From an uncultured Alphaproteobacteria bacterium (GTDB taxonomy: Bacteria > Bacteroidota > Ignavibacteria > OLB7): a DNA stretch of 64,000 bases. The translations under genes were made by a program, and so were the position numbers. This document shows, in pieces, positions 29,363 through 39,791 of this stretch. The stretch covers positions 65,193 to 129,192 of the forward strand of contig CAYWXV010000003.1 of the NCBI GenBank assembly GCA_964462535.1, read 5' to 3'. The notes beneath the pieces were generated by a model. The model was not told where the DNA came from. It was given only the letters and a program-made list of their open reading frames with translations, and ran no database searches. How positions within the stretch are numbered: the first letter of the stretch is position 1; the number at the start of each line of letters is the position of its first letter.

Positions 29363-32332
29363 TCATCGCGCAACCACGACAGCCACAAACGACACCCACG
29401 CCCCGCACCGCACGCGGGCATAGTAGGTACCGTCTGCCGCGTTTGCGAGCGATGTCGTTGCTTGATGTCGACCTTCCGTCAATTCGGCATCGAGTAGCGT
29501 GGAGAGGAGGCGACCCGTCGCGTCGATGACGTCTACCACGACGTGCCCCGGTCGACCAATGCTGAATGGGATCGTCACGGCACCGGTTGTGGGGGTTGGT
29601 CGCGGGGTCTCCAGAACATATCCAGCCGCGGCCCACTCGTGAACATTGACAGGCGCCTGCACGGTGACGCTCCAAATGGAACTGTCGCGATGGCAATCGG
29701 CGTCCGTCTGCGCAAACGCGATTGTCGTGAATGTACCCGGTCTCAGAACGTGTACCGTCACGGGAATCCGGTAGCACCCACCCGCTTCGATTACTCGCCC
29801 CACGAGTGAGTCGCGCCAGCTTGGAAGAACCGTGAACATGTTTTCGCGGTCGTCAAATCGAAAGACCCAGGCCGAATCCGCGCTGGTGAAGTGGAGTGGG
29901 GCGGCCCCATCGTTGCATATCGATAACATCAGCGTTCGCACTGCACCGGAGTCTCCGGGCCATCTGAATGTGCCGAAATCAAGATCGTCCATGTGGATAC
30001 ATGGTACCAAGGATGATCCCACAACGATTGTCCTGATACGCGTTCCAGCGACCAGGACTTCGAGTGAGTCGACGTAGCGACTGTTTTCTGACGTGGGGGA
30101 GAATCGGATGAAGAATGTGACGGAATCGTTTGGCGCGACAGCAATTGGAAAATTCGATGGACCCACGAAGTCGAACCCGGAGTTACCGCTTCCGGGCTTT
30201 CCCCAGCTGGCGTGCGATGAATCACCGTCCCGCGTCCATCCACCAACTTTCCCCCCTAGAATGATCGTTGGCACGGAGTTGGGATTGAAGAAGGAAATCC
30301 TGTAGTCACGAACAGTCCCCGGCGACAACGCTCCCACGTCGACGGTATCCCCATGTCCCAATCGTATCAAGAGCGGATTGATGCGAAACGAGGCGGACGT
30401 TCCGGTGCCAGAGCGGTCCCGAGCGACAACCATTCCGGATGCTGGAACGGTTGCGTCCACTTGCGCGATGTCCGCGGTGGCGTCGGTTTCGCCTCCGTGG
30501 ATGCCCCCCGGTGGATTCGTAACGACGATCGTTGCGTTGGTGGTCGTTCCGGCATCCAGGAAGAGCGAAGAGAGTCCACTTGGATTGGGACCCACAAACG
30601 ACACATGCGCACGAACGACGTTACGATCCTCAGATGTTCCCAAGAGGTTTGTCAGCACAAGGCTCATTGAATCGGGTTCGAGCAGGGAGCGGCGTCGTGG
30701 TGCAAGCGGAAGCCCGTATGCGACGGCAGTTACCTCTTCGTACTCGGACGGATGGAGCAGCTCTGACGAGCCCCCCTCTTTTCGTGCCGATCCTGGCCTC
30801 CACATCTCATAGCCGCCACGCCACAATCCGTATTGAACGGCAGTGAATCGCGCCCCGTTTCTCCCTTCCAGCCAGTAGACAACCCCGGTGTCAAGCGGGA
30901 ACACCCCCCACACGAGATCCGTTCCCGGAATTGTCCCCTGATTGAAATCGACTTCTTCTCCTGCCTTAGTGAAGATTGAATGACGAGATGCCGTGTCGGT
31001 CGCAAAGGCAACGAAATGCTGTGCGTTCAACGGAATTCTCGGAGCAAACATCGGCGCGAACGACGTCCACTGCTCACGTGGTGTCAATTCCTGCATGAAA
31101 CCGCCAGCGGAGTACCAGCGTGATCCGAACTCGAACCCGGGGCTCCCCGCGATCCCAATGTATGTCAAGACCGGGGCAGGGAGCTGGAACGCCTGCGCAG
31201 GTTTGTCCGATGTGTACACATGCGGGCGTGGCCGGCCCCAGCGACTTGTGTCCGTTGCACCATAAGCCAACGGCGCTATTGGAATCTCGGTGCCATTTTC
31301 AACGGCCGAAACCGTGGTAGTGCCCGGAGTTGTTGCGGTCAAGAGGATGCGCTCGTACTGTCTCTTGTCGGAAGTGATCTCACCCGAAGCACCCGTAATT
31401 CTGGATGTGTCCATCAAAGGGAGATGTACGAAGTACGTACCATGCTGGTCCGTCGGCGCCAGCCATTCGTACGCCGCATTTCGAATGGAATTCTTGGCAA
31501 GACCACCAACCTCCCGATCATATCCGCATGCCGTTCGCGGGCTACCGGAGACGACGCCGATCGGCTTAGATGACACGATTCTCGTCCCGCTGATGTCCAT
31601 TTGCGGTCGCCCAGCATTCTGGGTGGTCGTGTCCACAAATCCGCGAATGGTGTAGCACTCTCCCTTGTTCAACGTGATTCCGAGAGGGGCGTCGCCCACC
31701 AGAAAAACTCCCGTTGGCGGTGTTATTGATATCTGCGTGCTGTCGTACGCCGCAATTACGCATGCGACCGGCGATGCGGCTTTGTTCGAAACGCGGTAGT
31801 CACTCTCGCCCCCTGGGGACATGTCAGCAACCAACTGACCCGGGGCCGCAGCAACGAAGTATTCTGTTCCCCATCTGGCGACTGGAATTGGCGTATATGC
31901 CTCGCCGCCAAATCGTGTCGCGAAATGGCAATAGAGAATAATGGGCTCATCGGCCTCCAGCATGAACGTTGCCATTGACGGATTGGCAAATGCAGGCTGG
32001 AATGTGGGCGACGCGGGGTTGGATTTGTCGTTGAGATTAACCGTCCGTATGCCTCCAGCGGGTACCTGCACTGCTGCATTGTATCCATTGGGGGAGGTGA
32101 TCCTAACGTTGTTGCTCACCGCTGAATAGAAGACGAGAGTAACTGCCTCCTCCATGCGATTCGGAAATCTGGAATCGAATGTATTCTTGATCGTGTCTGG
32201 ATAGGCGATGATGTAGTATCGACCGGCGGTCTCTGGATCCAGCGACTGCGTACGTGTTTGGGCGGGGAAGAGAAGTAGAGCAGCAACGCAGCCGAGAGCG
32301 AACAACGAATGACGGTGAAATGAACGATCCAT
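29363..32332 (-). CDS. secreted protein with C-terminal T9SS type-A sorting domain, paralogue C (989 aa)
   Basis: Signal peptide ALGCVAALLLFPAQTRTQ. CTD ...VVDVIDATGRLLSTLLDAELTEGRHQATTSLANAADGTYYARVR...VVVAR. The N-terminal GRYYIIAYPDT block matches its paralogues. Confidence 0.75.
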   Translation of the reverse strand: MDRSFHRHSLFALGCVAALLLFPAQTRTQSLDPETAGRYYIIAYPDTIKNTFDSRFPNRMEEAVTLVFYSAVSNNVRITSPNGYNAAVQVPAGGIRTVNLNDKSNPASPTFQPAFANPSMATFMLEADEPIILYCHFATRFGGEAYTPIPVARWGTEYFVAAAPGQLVADMSPGGESDYRVSNKAASPVACVIAAYDSTQISITPPTGVFLVGDAPLGITLNKGECYTIRGFVDTTTQNAGRPQMDISGTRIVSSKPIGVVSGSPRTACGYDREVGGLAKNSIRNAAYEWLAPTDQHGTYFVHLPLMDTSRITGASGEITSDKRQYERILLTATTPGTTTVSAVENGTEIPIAPLAYGATDTSRWGRPRPHVYTSDKPAQAFQLPAPVLTYIGIAGSPGFEFGSRWYSAGGFMQELTPREQWTSFAPMFAPRIPLNAQHFVAFATDTASRHSIFTKAGEEVDFNQGTIPGTDLVWGVFPLDTGVVYWLEGRNGARFTAVQYGLWRGGYEMWRPGSARKEGGSSELLHPSEYEEVTAVAYGLPLAPRRRSLLEPDSMSLVLTNLLGTSEDRNVVRAHVSFVGPNPSGLSSLFLDAGTTTNATIVVTNPPGGIHGGETDATADIAQVDATVPASGMVVARDRSGTGTSASFRINPLLIRLGHGDTVDVGALSPGTVRDYRISFFNPNSVPTIILGGKVGGWTRDGDSSHASWGKPGSGNSGFDFVGPSNFPIAVAPNDSVTFFIRFSPTSENSRYVDSLEVLVAGTRIRTIVVGSSLVPCIHMDDLDFGTFRWPGDSGAVRTLMLSICNDGAAPLHFTSADSAWVFRFDDRENMFTVLPSWRDSLVGRVIEAGGCYRIPVTVHVLRPGTFTTIAFAQTDADCHRDSSIWSVTVQAPVNVHEWAAAGYVLETPRPTPTTGAVTIPFSIGRPGHVVVDVIDATGRLLSTLLDAELTEGRHQATTSLANAADGTYYARVRCGAWVSFVAVVVAR

Positions 32333-32450
32333 GGAAAAGCTCCCCTGCCAAGTGAACTGAATAGACGGGCTCCGAGGTGATTATCGGCTGGACGGAAAAG
32401 ATAGTCGGTGCGTGTCTATCGTGCTAGACCGAACGACGACGCTGCACAAG

Positions 32451-33083
32451 CTAGGCCGACGGATCGCCCGCAGCCGCCTGCCGTCGCTTGATGACCCGGC
32501 GAAGTATCAGGAAGACCGCCAGACTGACGAGCAGAACGGTAACGACCTGACCGTAACGCCCGAGAATATCGGCACCTCGTTCCCAGTTCTTTCCAAGAAA
32601 CGATCCGAGCAGAATGATGGCTCCGTTCCACGCGAGAGCGCTTATGCCACAGAGGATCGTGGTTCTTCCGATCCCGAGTCTTGACATGCCGGCGAAGAAG
32701 CTAATGACGGCGCGTGTTCCCGCCAGGAATCGATTTGCCACAATTACCCAGTATCCCCAACGATCGAACCAGTTGTCGACCTTTTCAACGGACGCGGCCG
32801 TAAGGAACGGCACCTTCCCCGATTCCAGAAGTCGTCGCCCGTATCGCCGCCCGATCCAGAAAGCCGTGAGAAATCCGGTCAGACTACCGAACGTCGCAAT
32901 CGCGACCGCCGGCACCAGATCAATCGTCCCGATACCGATCAGCGTGGCGATGAAGAGCATCACCACGTCGCTTGGTGATGGAGGAAACAGATTCTCGATG
33001 TAGCACGAGAACCAGAGCGTCAGATAGACACCCCAGGGGGGGAGGTGATTCAGCCAGGCTATTATCTCTGAGATCGTCGGCAT
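32451..33083 (-). CDS. DedA / SNARE-associated (TVP38/TMEM64) family membrane protein
   Basis: ATG at 33083. LTLWFSCYIENLFPPSPSDVVMLFIATLIG matches the DedA core. Multiple TM segments. Confidence 0.75.
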   Translation of the reverse strand: MPTISEIIAWLNHLPPWGVYLTLWFSCYIENLFPPSPSDVVMLFIATLIGIGTIDLVPAVAIATFGSLTGFLTAFWIGRRYGRRLLESGKVPFLTAASVEKVDNWFDRWGYWVIVANRFLAGTRAVISFFAGMSRLGIGRTTILCGISALAWNGAIILLGSFLGKNWERGADILGRYGQVVTVLLVSLAVFLILRRVIKRRQAAAGDPSA

Positions 33084-33201
33084 CGACTGTTGCGATGGAA
33101 GGAGAGAGTGTGTCAGGGCTGGCAAATACGAGAACGCCCGGCTCGCATGGTAGCGAAGCCGGGCGTCCTGTGCAATCCTTGCCTGGTGCTGATGCGGAGT
33201 G

Positions 33202-33429
33202 CTAGCTCTTTGCTGCCAGCTCAGCCATCATTGCTTTATACCCCTTCTTGTCAAGGGTCTTGAAGGCTTTGGCGGTAGCCTTGACCTTTACGAATCTCTT
33301 CTCGTCCTCAAGCCAGATCCGCTTCGTCTGCAGATTAGGCATGAAGCGGCGGTTTGTCACGTTGTGGGCATGCGAGATGTTCCGACCGTAGGTCGGTCCA
33401 AGCCCCGTCAGTTCACAGCGTCGTGCCAT
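33202..33429 (-). CDS. rpmB: 50S ribosomal protein L28
   Basis: [39 protein letters not shown]. 75 aa. Confidence 0.9.
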   Translation of the reverse strand: MARRCELTGLGPTYGRNISHAHNVTNRRFMPNLQTKRIWLEDEKRFVKVKATAKAFKTLDKKGYKAMMAELAAKS

Positions 33430-33588
33430 GGATGGATCTCCTTGTATCTTGGTCTTCGTTCTACTCTTTCAAGAAAAGTCCACAAACTTAGGGCTTTTCG
33501 CCCCCTCGACCAAGTCCAAAAAGACCGTTCGCCCGAGCGCGGAGAAACGGAGCGTAACAGAGAAAGACACGATTCCTTGACGAATTCG

Positions 33589-34563
33589 ATGAACGAAGTG
33601 ACTATTCGCCTGGACGCCCTTGACCCTGCGCTGGTGAGTCAATCGATTGACCGCGCGGCTGCAATTCTCCGTTCGGGAGGGCTGGTTGCCTTCCCGACGG
33701 AGACCGTGTATGGACTGGGAGCATCCGCGGTGGATGCTGCTGCGATTGCACGAATCTTCGAGGCGAAGGGGCGCCCGCAGGACAATCCACTCATCGTCCA
33801 CGTCGATTCGCTGGAGATGATGGAGCGTCTGGGGAAACTGGACGACAGGGGGCGTGCGCTCGTACGGGATATCATGCCGGGCCCACTTACAATCGTGGTT
33901 CCAGCTGCCGGGCCGGTTCCTCCGATCGCGCGCGCGGGATTGGATACCATCGGCCTTCGCATTCCCAATCACACCGTTGCGCTGGGACTGATCGCCCGCG
34001 CCGGTCCCCTTGTTGCCCCATCGGCCAATCGCTCGGGTCGGCCGAGCCCAACGGACGCCGATGCCGTGCTCGACGACCTGGACGGACGAATCGATGCCGT
34101 GCTGGACGCGGGTCCGTGTGCAGTTGGCATCGAATCTACTGTCGTCGATCTGACGGGTGCGGATGTGGTGATTCTTAGGCCGGGGATCGTAACCGCCCTT
34201 GAGATAGCGAGGTGCGTCGGTATGTCCGTCAACGCCGTCGGTGAGCTTGCGGAACGGGGGGAACCGGCACGATCGCCGGGGACTCGTTACCGACACTACG
34301 CCCCAAGGACACCAATTCGGGTCGTCGACCCGTCCGATATTCCCCTTGATCACGGTCCCCGCAGACTCTACCTTCTAGCCGATCCAGCTACGGCCGTAAA
34401 CATTGACGATGCAGCACGCGTCGAGCGGTTGACATCCTCCGAATTCTTTCGCTCACTTCGGCGTGCTGATTCCGAGGTGTTCGACGAGATAGTCGTCGTA
34501 GCCAGACTTGAGGATCTTCCACCTGGACTCCGCGATCGCCTCCTTCGGGCGGCCGCCGGTTGA
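33589..34563 (+). CDS. tsaC: L-threonylcarbamoyladenylate synthase (Sua5/YwlC type: YrdC domain + Sua5 C-terminal domain)
   Basis: ATG at 33589 gives MNEVTIRLDA...LVAFPTETVYGLGASAVD. 324 aa. The track ORF from 33199 runs antisense through rpmB and is an artefact. Confidence 0.85.
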   Translation: MNEVTIRLDALDPALVSQSIDRAAAILRSGGLVAFPTETVYGLGASAVDAAAIARIFEAKGRPQDNPLIVHVDSLEMMERLGKLDDRGRALVRDIMPGPLTIVVPAAGPVPPIARAGLDTIGLRIPNHTVALGLIARAGPLVAPSANRSGRPSPTDADAVLDDLDGRIDAVLDAGPCAVGIESTVVDLTGADVVILRPGIVTALEIARCVGMSVNAVGELAERGEPARSPGTRYRHYAPRTPIRVVDPSDIPLDHGPRRLYLLADPATAVNIDDAARVERLTSSEFFRSLRRADSEVFDEIVVVARLEDLPPGLRDRLLRAAAG

Positions 34564-34633
34564 CGTCTCCTATTGACTTCAGCACCCGAAGTTCAGCTCC
34601 CCACTCTCATCGCGCTACCTTCATCATCCTACC

Positions 34634-35905
34634 ATGCGCCTGCTCCCCGCTCTTGTCTCAACCCTCTTGACGTGTGCAACCCTGTTCGCCCAGAACGACG
34701 TTGTCGACTGGCGACAGGATGTCGATCGGCTGACGTCGCGCGAGTTTCGGGGGCGTGGCTACTTGTTTGGGGGCGCCGACAGCGCTGCGAACATGATACG
34801 CGCACGGTTTCGCGCACTGCATCTGGATTCGCTTGACAACGGATACTTCCACTCATTCCGACTGCGAGTAGTTGAATTTCCAGAGACGCCAACCCTCTCC
34901 ATCAACGGAACCTCGATGACCCTGGGCAAAGACTACCTTCCGTGGAAGTCAACCGGGAGCGGTGAGATTGACGAGTCGGCAACAGTGACGTCGTTCGTCG
35001 ATTCGATACAGCAGATCATGACCTATGAGGGGACACTTGACGTTGTCATCATGAATGAGACGGTGGATTCGGCAGTGAGGAGTAATCCTGCAATACCGCC
35101 CGACTTCCGTGACATCGAAGGGTGGCTGTCAGTACTCGCTCTCCGGCGTGTCAAGGGGGTCATACTGGTGACCGATCGACTGGTCGCCGACAAGGGGGTT
35201 TACCGATCAAAGTTCCCGGTGGTCGTTGTGCGGCGCGACCGGTTGCCTTCGCATGTGAAGGGAGTGAGCATGTCGGTCAAGAGTGTGAGATACGACGCAA
35301 CCCCCAGCAACGTCCTGGGATTTGTGCGTGGCACGGACTCGCCCGATTCGTTCGTCGTAATCACCGCACACTACGACCACCTGGGGGCCATCGGACCCGA
35401 CTGCTACTTTCCTGGCGCGAACGATAACGCAAGTGGCACCGCGATGTTGATGGAGCTGGCCGCCCGCTTCGCTCGCAATCCGGCACGCTACACCGTTGTC
35501 TTCGTCGCGTTTGCGGGGGAGGAAGCCGGGCTGATCGGGTCGAAGGCCTTGGTGGACGAGAGGATTATCTCGACGCGACGGACCAGGTTCCTGTTGAACA
35601 TCGACATGGCGGCATCCGGTGGAGAGGGGATCATGGCCGTGGGGGGGACCATGTTCACGCCTGAGTTCGAACAGCTGAAAGAGATAGCCGGACGGAACGG
35701 CGTGACGGACGTGCGCATGCGTGACCCGGCCGGGAACAGCGATCAGTTCTACTTCACAGAGGCAGGTGTGCGCGCCTTCTATGTCTATCCGTTCACCGGC
35801 CTGCAACCCTACCACCACATGGATGACGTCCCCGCAACGCTAGAGGCCGACGTCTACCTGCGGCTTCGCACGATCTTCGAGACGTTCGTACGTGAACTCC
35901 GTTGA
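34634..35905 (+). CDS. M28 family zinc peptidase (aminopeptidase-like), secreted
   Basis: Signal peptide. VVITAHYDHLGA...GANDNASGTAMLMELAR...FVAFAGEEAGLIGS are the M28 metal-binding blocks. Confidence 0.8.
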   Translation: MRLLPALVSTLLTCATLFAQNDVVDWRQDVDRLTSREFRGRGYLFGGADSAANMIRARFRALHLDSLDNGYFHSFRLRVVEFPETPTLSINGTSMTLGKDYLPWKSTGSGEIDESATVTSFVDSIQQIMTYEGTLDVVIMNETVDSAVRSNPAIPPDFRDIEGWLSVLALRRVKGVILVTDRLVADKGVYRSKFPVVVVRRDRLPSHVKGVSMSVKSVRYDATPSNVLGFVRGTDSPDSFVVITAHYDHLGAIGPDCYFPGANDNASGTAMLMELAARFARNPARYTVVFVAFAGEEAGLIGSKALVDERIISTRRTRFLLNIDMAASGGEGIMAVGGTMFTPEFEQLKEIAGRNGVTDVRMRDPAGNSDQFYFTEAGVRAFYVYPFTGLQPYHHMDDVPATLEADVYLRLRTIFETFVRELR

Positions 35906-35913
35906 GCTTCCAC

Positions 35914-36972
35914 ATGCGTCGTATTGCCATTCTTGTCGCGATGATTGCCTTGACGGTGTTCCAGGGTGCGCGAGCGTGCTTGAATGAATTCGAGGGTGTT
36001 GAAGTCATAACCCGTCCCTTCGAGGCGGAGGACTGGTTAGCTGGCCACGATCAAGAGCGCCTCCATGACAACTGGGTTAACGACAGCGTGTCCGCCCGGA
36101 ACGCACTCATTGAATCCAAGGACCCGGACAACACCAGCAGACGTCCGCACAACTACGCTATCACGCTCATTCGGTTGGGACACGCGGACACCGCGCTGGA
36201 CGTCCTATGGAGGGTAGAGCAGGAGCATTCGGACATGTACGAGGTTGCCTCGGCAATTGGAACAGCATATGAGTTCCTTGGTCGGTACGCCAGCGCTGCG
36301 AGCTGGCTTAGGACCGTGGTGGCTCGCAATCCTCTTCGTCATGACAACAGCGAGTGGATTCATCTTGCGTATGTGGCGGCAGAGCAATCACTCTCGTCGA
36401 ATCCCCGATGGCTGGACACGAACACCATACTTGGATACGACTTCGGTGACGTTATCGATCTGCGGTCCGTCGTCTGGGAGGAAGACTCGGAGCGGTTGGT
36501 GAATGTCGCCAAAGAGGCGCGTCTGCATGTAATCGACCGAATGCCATTCGTCACTCCACAGGACGCCCTCTTTGCTCAACTCCTTGCGGAGTACGGGGAT
36601 CTGGCGTTTCGGTGTGGTGACTTCGAATACGCCGTGCTCGCGTGTCGAAAGAGTCTGCAGTACATGTCGGACTCGGTGGGGGTGATTCGCTTGCGGCTGA
36701 AAGCGGCCGAAACGGAGTTGCTTGAGAGTCGCGGCCCCGCCACCACTCTCTGGTCCTGGATTACCGACACCTGGTTGAACCTCCTACTCGCCCTATCCGT
36801 GCTACTTGCTCCTCTCGTGGGGGGTATGCTGCTGGCGCGGAAGGCGCGTGACATCCCGCCGATGCCGGCACCTGAGAACACTTTCTCAGATCCGCTTGTG
36901 CATCCAACCAGTCCCGCGAACCGCGAGTGTTGCGATGAGGGCGAACACCGCGTACGTTATGGCGATCGATAG
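35914..36972 (+). CDS. hypothetical exported protein with C-terminal TM anchor (helical-repeat, TPR-like)
   Basis: ATG at 35914 gives MRRIAILVAMIALTVFQGARA. C-terminal hydrophobic LNLLLALSVLLAPLVGGMLLA. The last 87 nt overlap the convergent MATE gene. Confidence 0.5.
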   Translation: MRRIAILVAMIALTVFQGARACLNEFEGVEVITRPFEAEDWLAGHDQERLHDNWVNDSVSARNALIESKDPDNTSRRPHNYAITLIRLGHADTALDVLWRVEQEHSDMYEVASAIGTAYEFLGRYASAASWLRTVVARNPLRHDNSEWIHLAYVAAEQSLSSNPRWLDTNTILGYDFGDVIDLRSVVWEEDSERLVNVAKEARLHVIDRMPFVTPQDALFAQLLAEYGDLAFRCGDFEYAVLACRKSLQYMSDSVGVIRLRLKAAETELLESRGPATTLWSWITDTWLNLLLALSVLLAPLVGGMLLARKARDIPPMPAPENTFSDPLVHPTSPANRECCDEGEHRVRYGDR

Positions 36973-38301
36973 AAAGACCCCCCGTTCACGAAGGTCGGTT
37001 TGATGCGAGAGAAGCCAGGCAAGCGGAAGCATGATGAGAAATAGCATCGCTGCCACGATGGTCATCGAACGAATCGCATGACCCGCGCCGCTCAACGCAC
37101 GAGTTCCTGACTGACCCACAACAAAGAAGAGGTAACCGAAGACGGCGTAATGGAGATATGCCACCGTGGGTCGAATGACATCGGACTCTGTCGTGAAGAT
37201 TCTGGCAATGCCTTCGGCAAAGAAGTAGACCGCCACACCCACCAGTGCGATGAAGCCACCAAGTTGACGGATAGCGGCGCGCCGGAACTTCTTCACCTTG
37301 TCCAACTGTCCGGCCCCGATGCTCTGACTGACCAACGTCTCGATCGCTATGCCGTATGCGAAGATCGGCATGAAGACCAGGATGTCGACTTTCAAGCCGA
37401 TAGTGTATGCTGCCGCAGCGGAGACGCCGAACGCGTTCGCCAATGAAATCATGGCGACACGCGAGATGCTGACAGAAAGGGTCTGCAGCGACGACGGAAT
37501 GCCAACCTTGACGATCGTCTTGATGGAACCCCAGTCGATTCTAACCGATGGGCGGAAGAGCCGAATGTTAAGACGTCCCGAGTAGAGAGCCAGCAACGAT
37601 ATCGTTGCGCCAACGACTTGTGAAATGACGGTAGACAACGCCGCCCCTTCGATTCCCATCGCCGGAATGCTGAGGTATCCAAAGATCAGAATGGGGTCGA
37701 GGATCACGTTTGTCAGTGCAGAGATTATCAGCACTGACATCGGGAAGACCGTGTTGCCGGTCGATCGAATGGTCGAGTTGGCAAGAAAGGTGACGAGGTT
37801 CGCGGGGAAGCCGAACAGGAGGACGAACATGTAGTCATGAGTCAACAACAGGACGTCCCCGCGCAGATTCAACGCCATCAGGAGTTCAGGGAGGAGGATG
37901 ATGAGGATCACCGCCGTAAGGGTGGAATACATCATCATGAAGCTCATGGCCTGTGTGGCAATCGCCGATCCCCGCGTACGTCGGCTCTCGCCGATCCTCC
38001 TGGCCACTACGATCCCGGTGCCAATGCAAAATCCACTCCCCAGTGTGAAGAGGACGAAATTGATCTGCTCTGCGAACCCGAGCGCAGCTATTGCATTCCC
38101 ACCCAGACGAGAGACGAAGTACATGTCCGTCCAGGCATAGACGGCGTTGATCACGAATCCGAATGCAAGTGGTAGCGTGAACCGGAAGAGGCTGCGTCCT
38201 TCACTCCCCGACAACAAGTCACCTCGACCATCGGGTCGGGACACACGCGTTCCCGCTTTATCAGGCGTATCGTTGGTCGTCTCTGTAGTGGTTCCGGACA
38301 T
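36886..38301 (-). CDS. MATE family efflux transporter
   Basis: 12-TM profile. LGGNAIAALGFAEQINFVLFTLGSGFCIGTGIVVARRIGE is a typical MATE motif. 471 aa. Confidence 0.85.
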   Translation of the reverse strand: MSGTTTETTNDTPDKAGTRVSRPDGRGDLLSGSEGRSLFRFTLPLAFGFVINAVYAWTDMYFVSRLGGNAIAALGFAEQINFVLFTLGSGFCIGTGIVVARRIGESRRTRGSAIATQAMSFMMMYSTLTAVILIILLPELLMALNLRGDVLLLTHDYMFVLLFGFPANLVTFLANSTIRSTGNTVFPMSVLIISALTNVILDPILIFGYLSIPAMGIEGAALSTVISQVVGATISLLALYSGRLNIRLFRPSVRIDWGSIKTIVKVGIPSSLQTLSVSISRVAMISLANAFGVSAAAAYTIGLKVDILVFMPIFAYGIAIETLVSQSIGAGQLDKVKKFRRAAIRQLGGFIALVGVAVYFFAEGIARIFTTESDVIRPTVAYLHYAVFGYLFFVVGQSGTRALSGAGHAIRSMTIVAAMLFLIMLPLAWLLSHQTDLRERGVFLSIAITYAVFALIATLAVRGTGWMHKRI

Positions 38302-38445
38302 CGTGGCTGCGTGAGGAGGCGAAACGCGGAAACTACACGGGAGGTCTCCGCCCGAACGTATCAGTTCATCTCAGGGCTCAGAATTCGCGCTATGCAGGCC
38401 CGGCTATCGTTGCCCGCGGGACGGGCATTTTCTAAGTTTGGCGCC

Positions 38446-38991
38446 ATGACGACGAACCGCCGACTCACCGCTGAAATCAATGGAGTGAAACTCGCTGTCG
38501 ATTGTGACGAAGAGGGCTTCTCTGTTGATGGAGAGCGGGTGGTACTGGAGGGGAGAGGGGGACTTCGCCGTTATGCCTGGCGCACGGCTGACGGTCAGAC
38601 GATTCCCGTCTACGTCGAAGAAGAGACCGATAGTGTCGAGAGCCATCTCTACACTGTCTACATCGGTGGTGAAGCCATCCGCGTGGGGATCGTGACGTCA
38701 CACGACGAGCGACTTCAGACGCTGCGAAAGAACACCGCTTCCTCAGTCTCTCGACCCCAGATTGTACGCGCGCCAATGCCGGGACTTCTCAAAGATGTGC
38801 TGGTGTCGGAAGGGGAGACTGTCTCGCGCGGTGATTCCGTCTGCATTCTTGAAGCGATGAAGATGGAAAACGAACTAAAGGCTCCCGACCGGCTCCGCGT
38901 CAGACGAATTCTCGTCGCACCGGGGGCTGTTGTGGATAAGGGAACCCCGCTTCTGGAGCTCGAGCCGCTCGACATCAAATCGGACGCATAA
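38446..38991 (+). CDS. biotin/lipoyl attachment domain protein (BCCP-like)
   Basis: C-terminal ILEAMKMENELKAP biotinyl-lysine motif. Start uncertain: ATG at 38446 or 38392; the track start at 38311 is unlikely. Confidence 0.6.
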   Translation: MTTNRRLTAEINGVKLAVDCDEEGFSVDGERVVLEGRGGLRRYAWRTADGQTIPVYVEEETDSVESHLYTVYIGGEAIRVGIVTSHDERLQTLRKNTASSVSRPQIVRAPMPGLLKDVLVSEGETVSRGDSVCILEAMKMENELKAPDRLRVRRILVAPGAVVDKGTPLLELEPLDIKSDA

Positions 38992-39020
38992 CCTGTCATA
39001 CTCAGTCAAGGAAGGACATC

Positions 39021-39734
39021 ATGGGCATCTTCGGACGTATGGCCGACATAGTAAAGGCCAACATCAACGACCTCCTCGATCGTGCCGAGGATCCGGAGAA
39101 GATGATCAAGCAGATGGTTCTCGAAATGGAGGAGGCCGTAAACAAGGCGACGCTTGCCGTCGGTTCGGCCATTGCCAACGAGAAGTCGCTTGAGCGTCAA
39201 TACAACAAGCAGCTTGCGCAGTCAAATGACTGGCAGGCCAAGGCTGTACAGGCCGTGCAGGCCGGCCGCGACGACCTCGCGCGTCAAGCGTTGGAGCGGA
39301 AGAACACGATTGCCAAGAACGTTGGGGATCTGGAGCATATGCTTGGTGAGGCACGGACGACGTCGACTCAGCTCCGCGGTCAGCTTGACCAGCTGAAGTC
39401 GAAGCTGGACGAAGCCCGCATGCGGCAGAATACGTTGATCGCTCGCTCGCAGGCGGCCAAGGCGAAGAAGCAGATCGCACAGTCGTTTGCCGGTATCGGC
39501 TCCGACGCCTTCTCGAAGTTCGACAAGCTGGAGCAGAAGGTCGAGAAGACAGAGGCAGAAGCGGACGCATTCGCGCAGCTCGCGGGGGAGAACACCTCGC
39601 TCGACGATCAGTTCCGTCAGCTCGAGGCCGGTTCGGCCGCTGACGACGATCTTGCAGCGCTGAAAGCACAACTGGGCATGGGAAGTTCCACTGCGGGATC
39701 GCTCCCCGCCGGTGACGACAAATCGGGACAGTAA
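39021..39734 (+). CDS. pspA: PspA/IM30 (Vipp1) family protein
   Basis: MGIFGRMADIVKANINDLLDRAEDPEKMIKQMVLEMEEA, coiled-coil throughout, AAGGAAGGA SD. Confidence 0.85.
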   Translation: MGIFGRMADIVKANINDLLDRAEDPEKMIKQMVLEMEEAVNKATLAVGSAIANEKSLERQYNKQLAQSNDWQAKAVQAVQAGRDDLARQALERKNTIAKNVGDLEHMLGEARTTSTQLRGQLDQLKSKLDEARMRQNTLIARSQAAKAKKQIAQSFAGIGSDAFSKFDKLEQKVEKTEAEADAFAQLAGENTSLDDQFRQLEAGSAADDDLAALKAQLGMGSSTAGSLPAGDDKSGQ

Positions 39735-39791
39735 ATACCGATCATTCACCCCAGGCAAACCTTTCCATCGTTCTCAATCAGGAATACATTC

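Noticed and set aside
33199-33588. N-terminal 130-aa extension of the tsaC ORF
   Set aside because: It runs antisense through rpmB (L28) and uses a TTG start. The YrdC domain begins right after the ATG at 33589.
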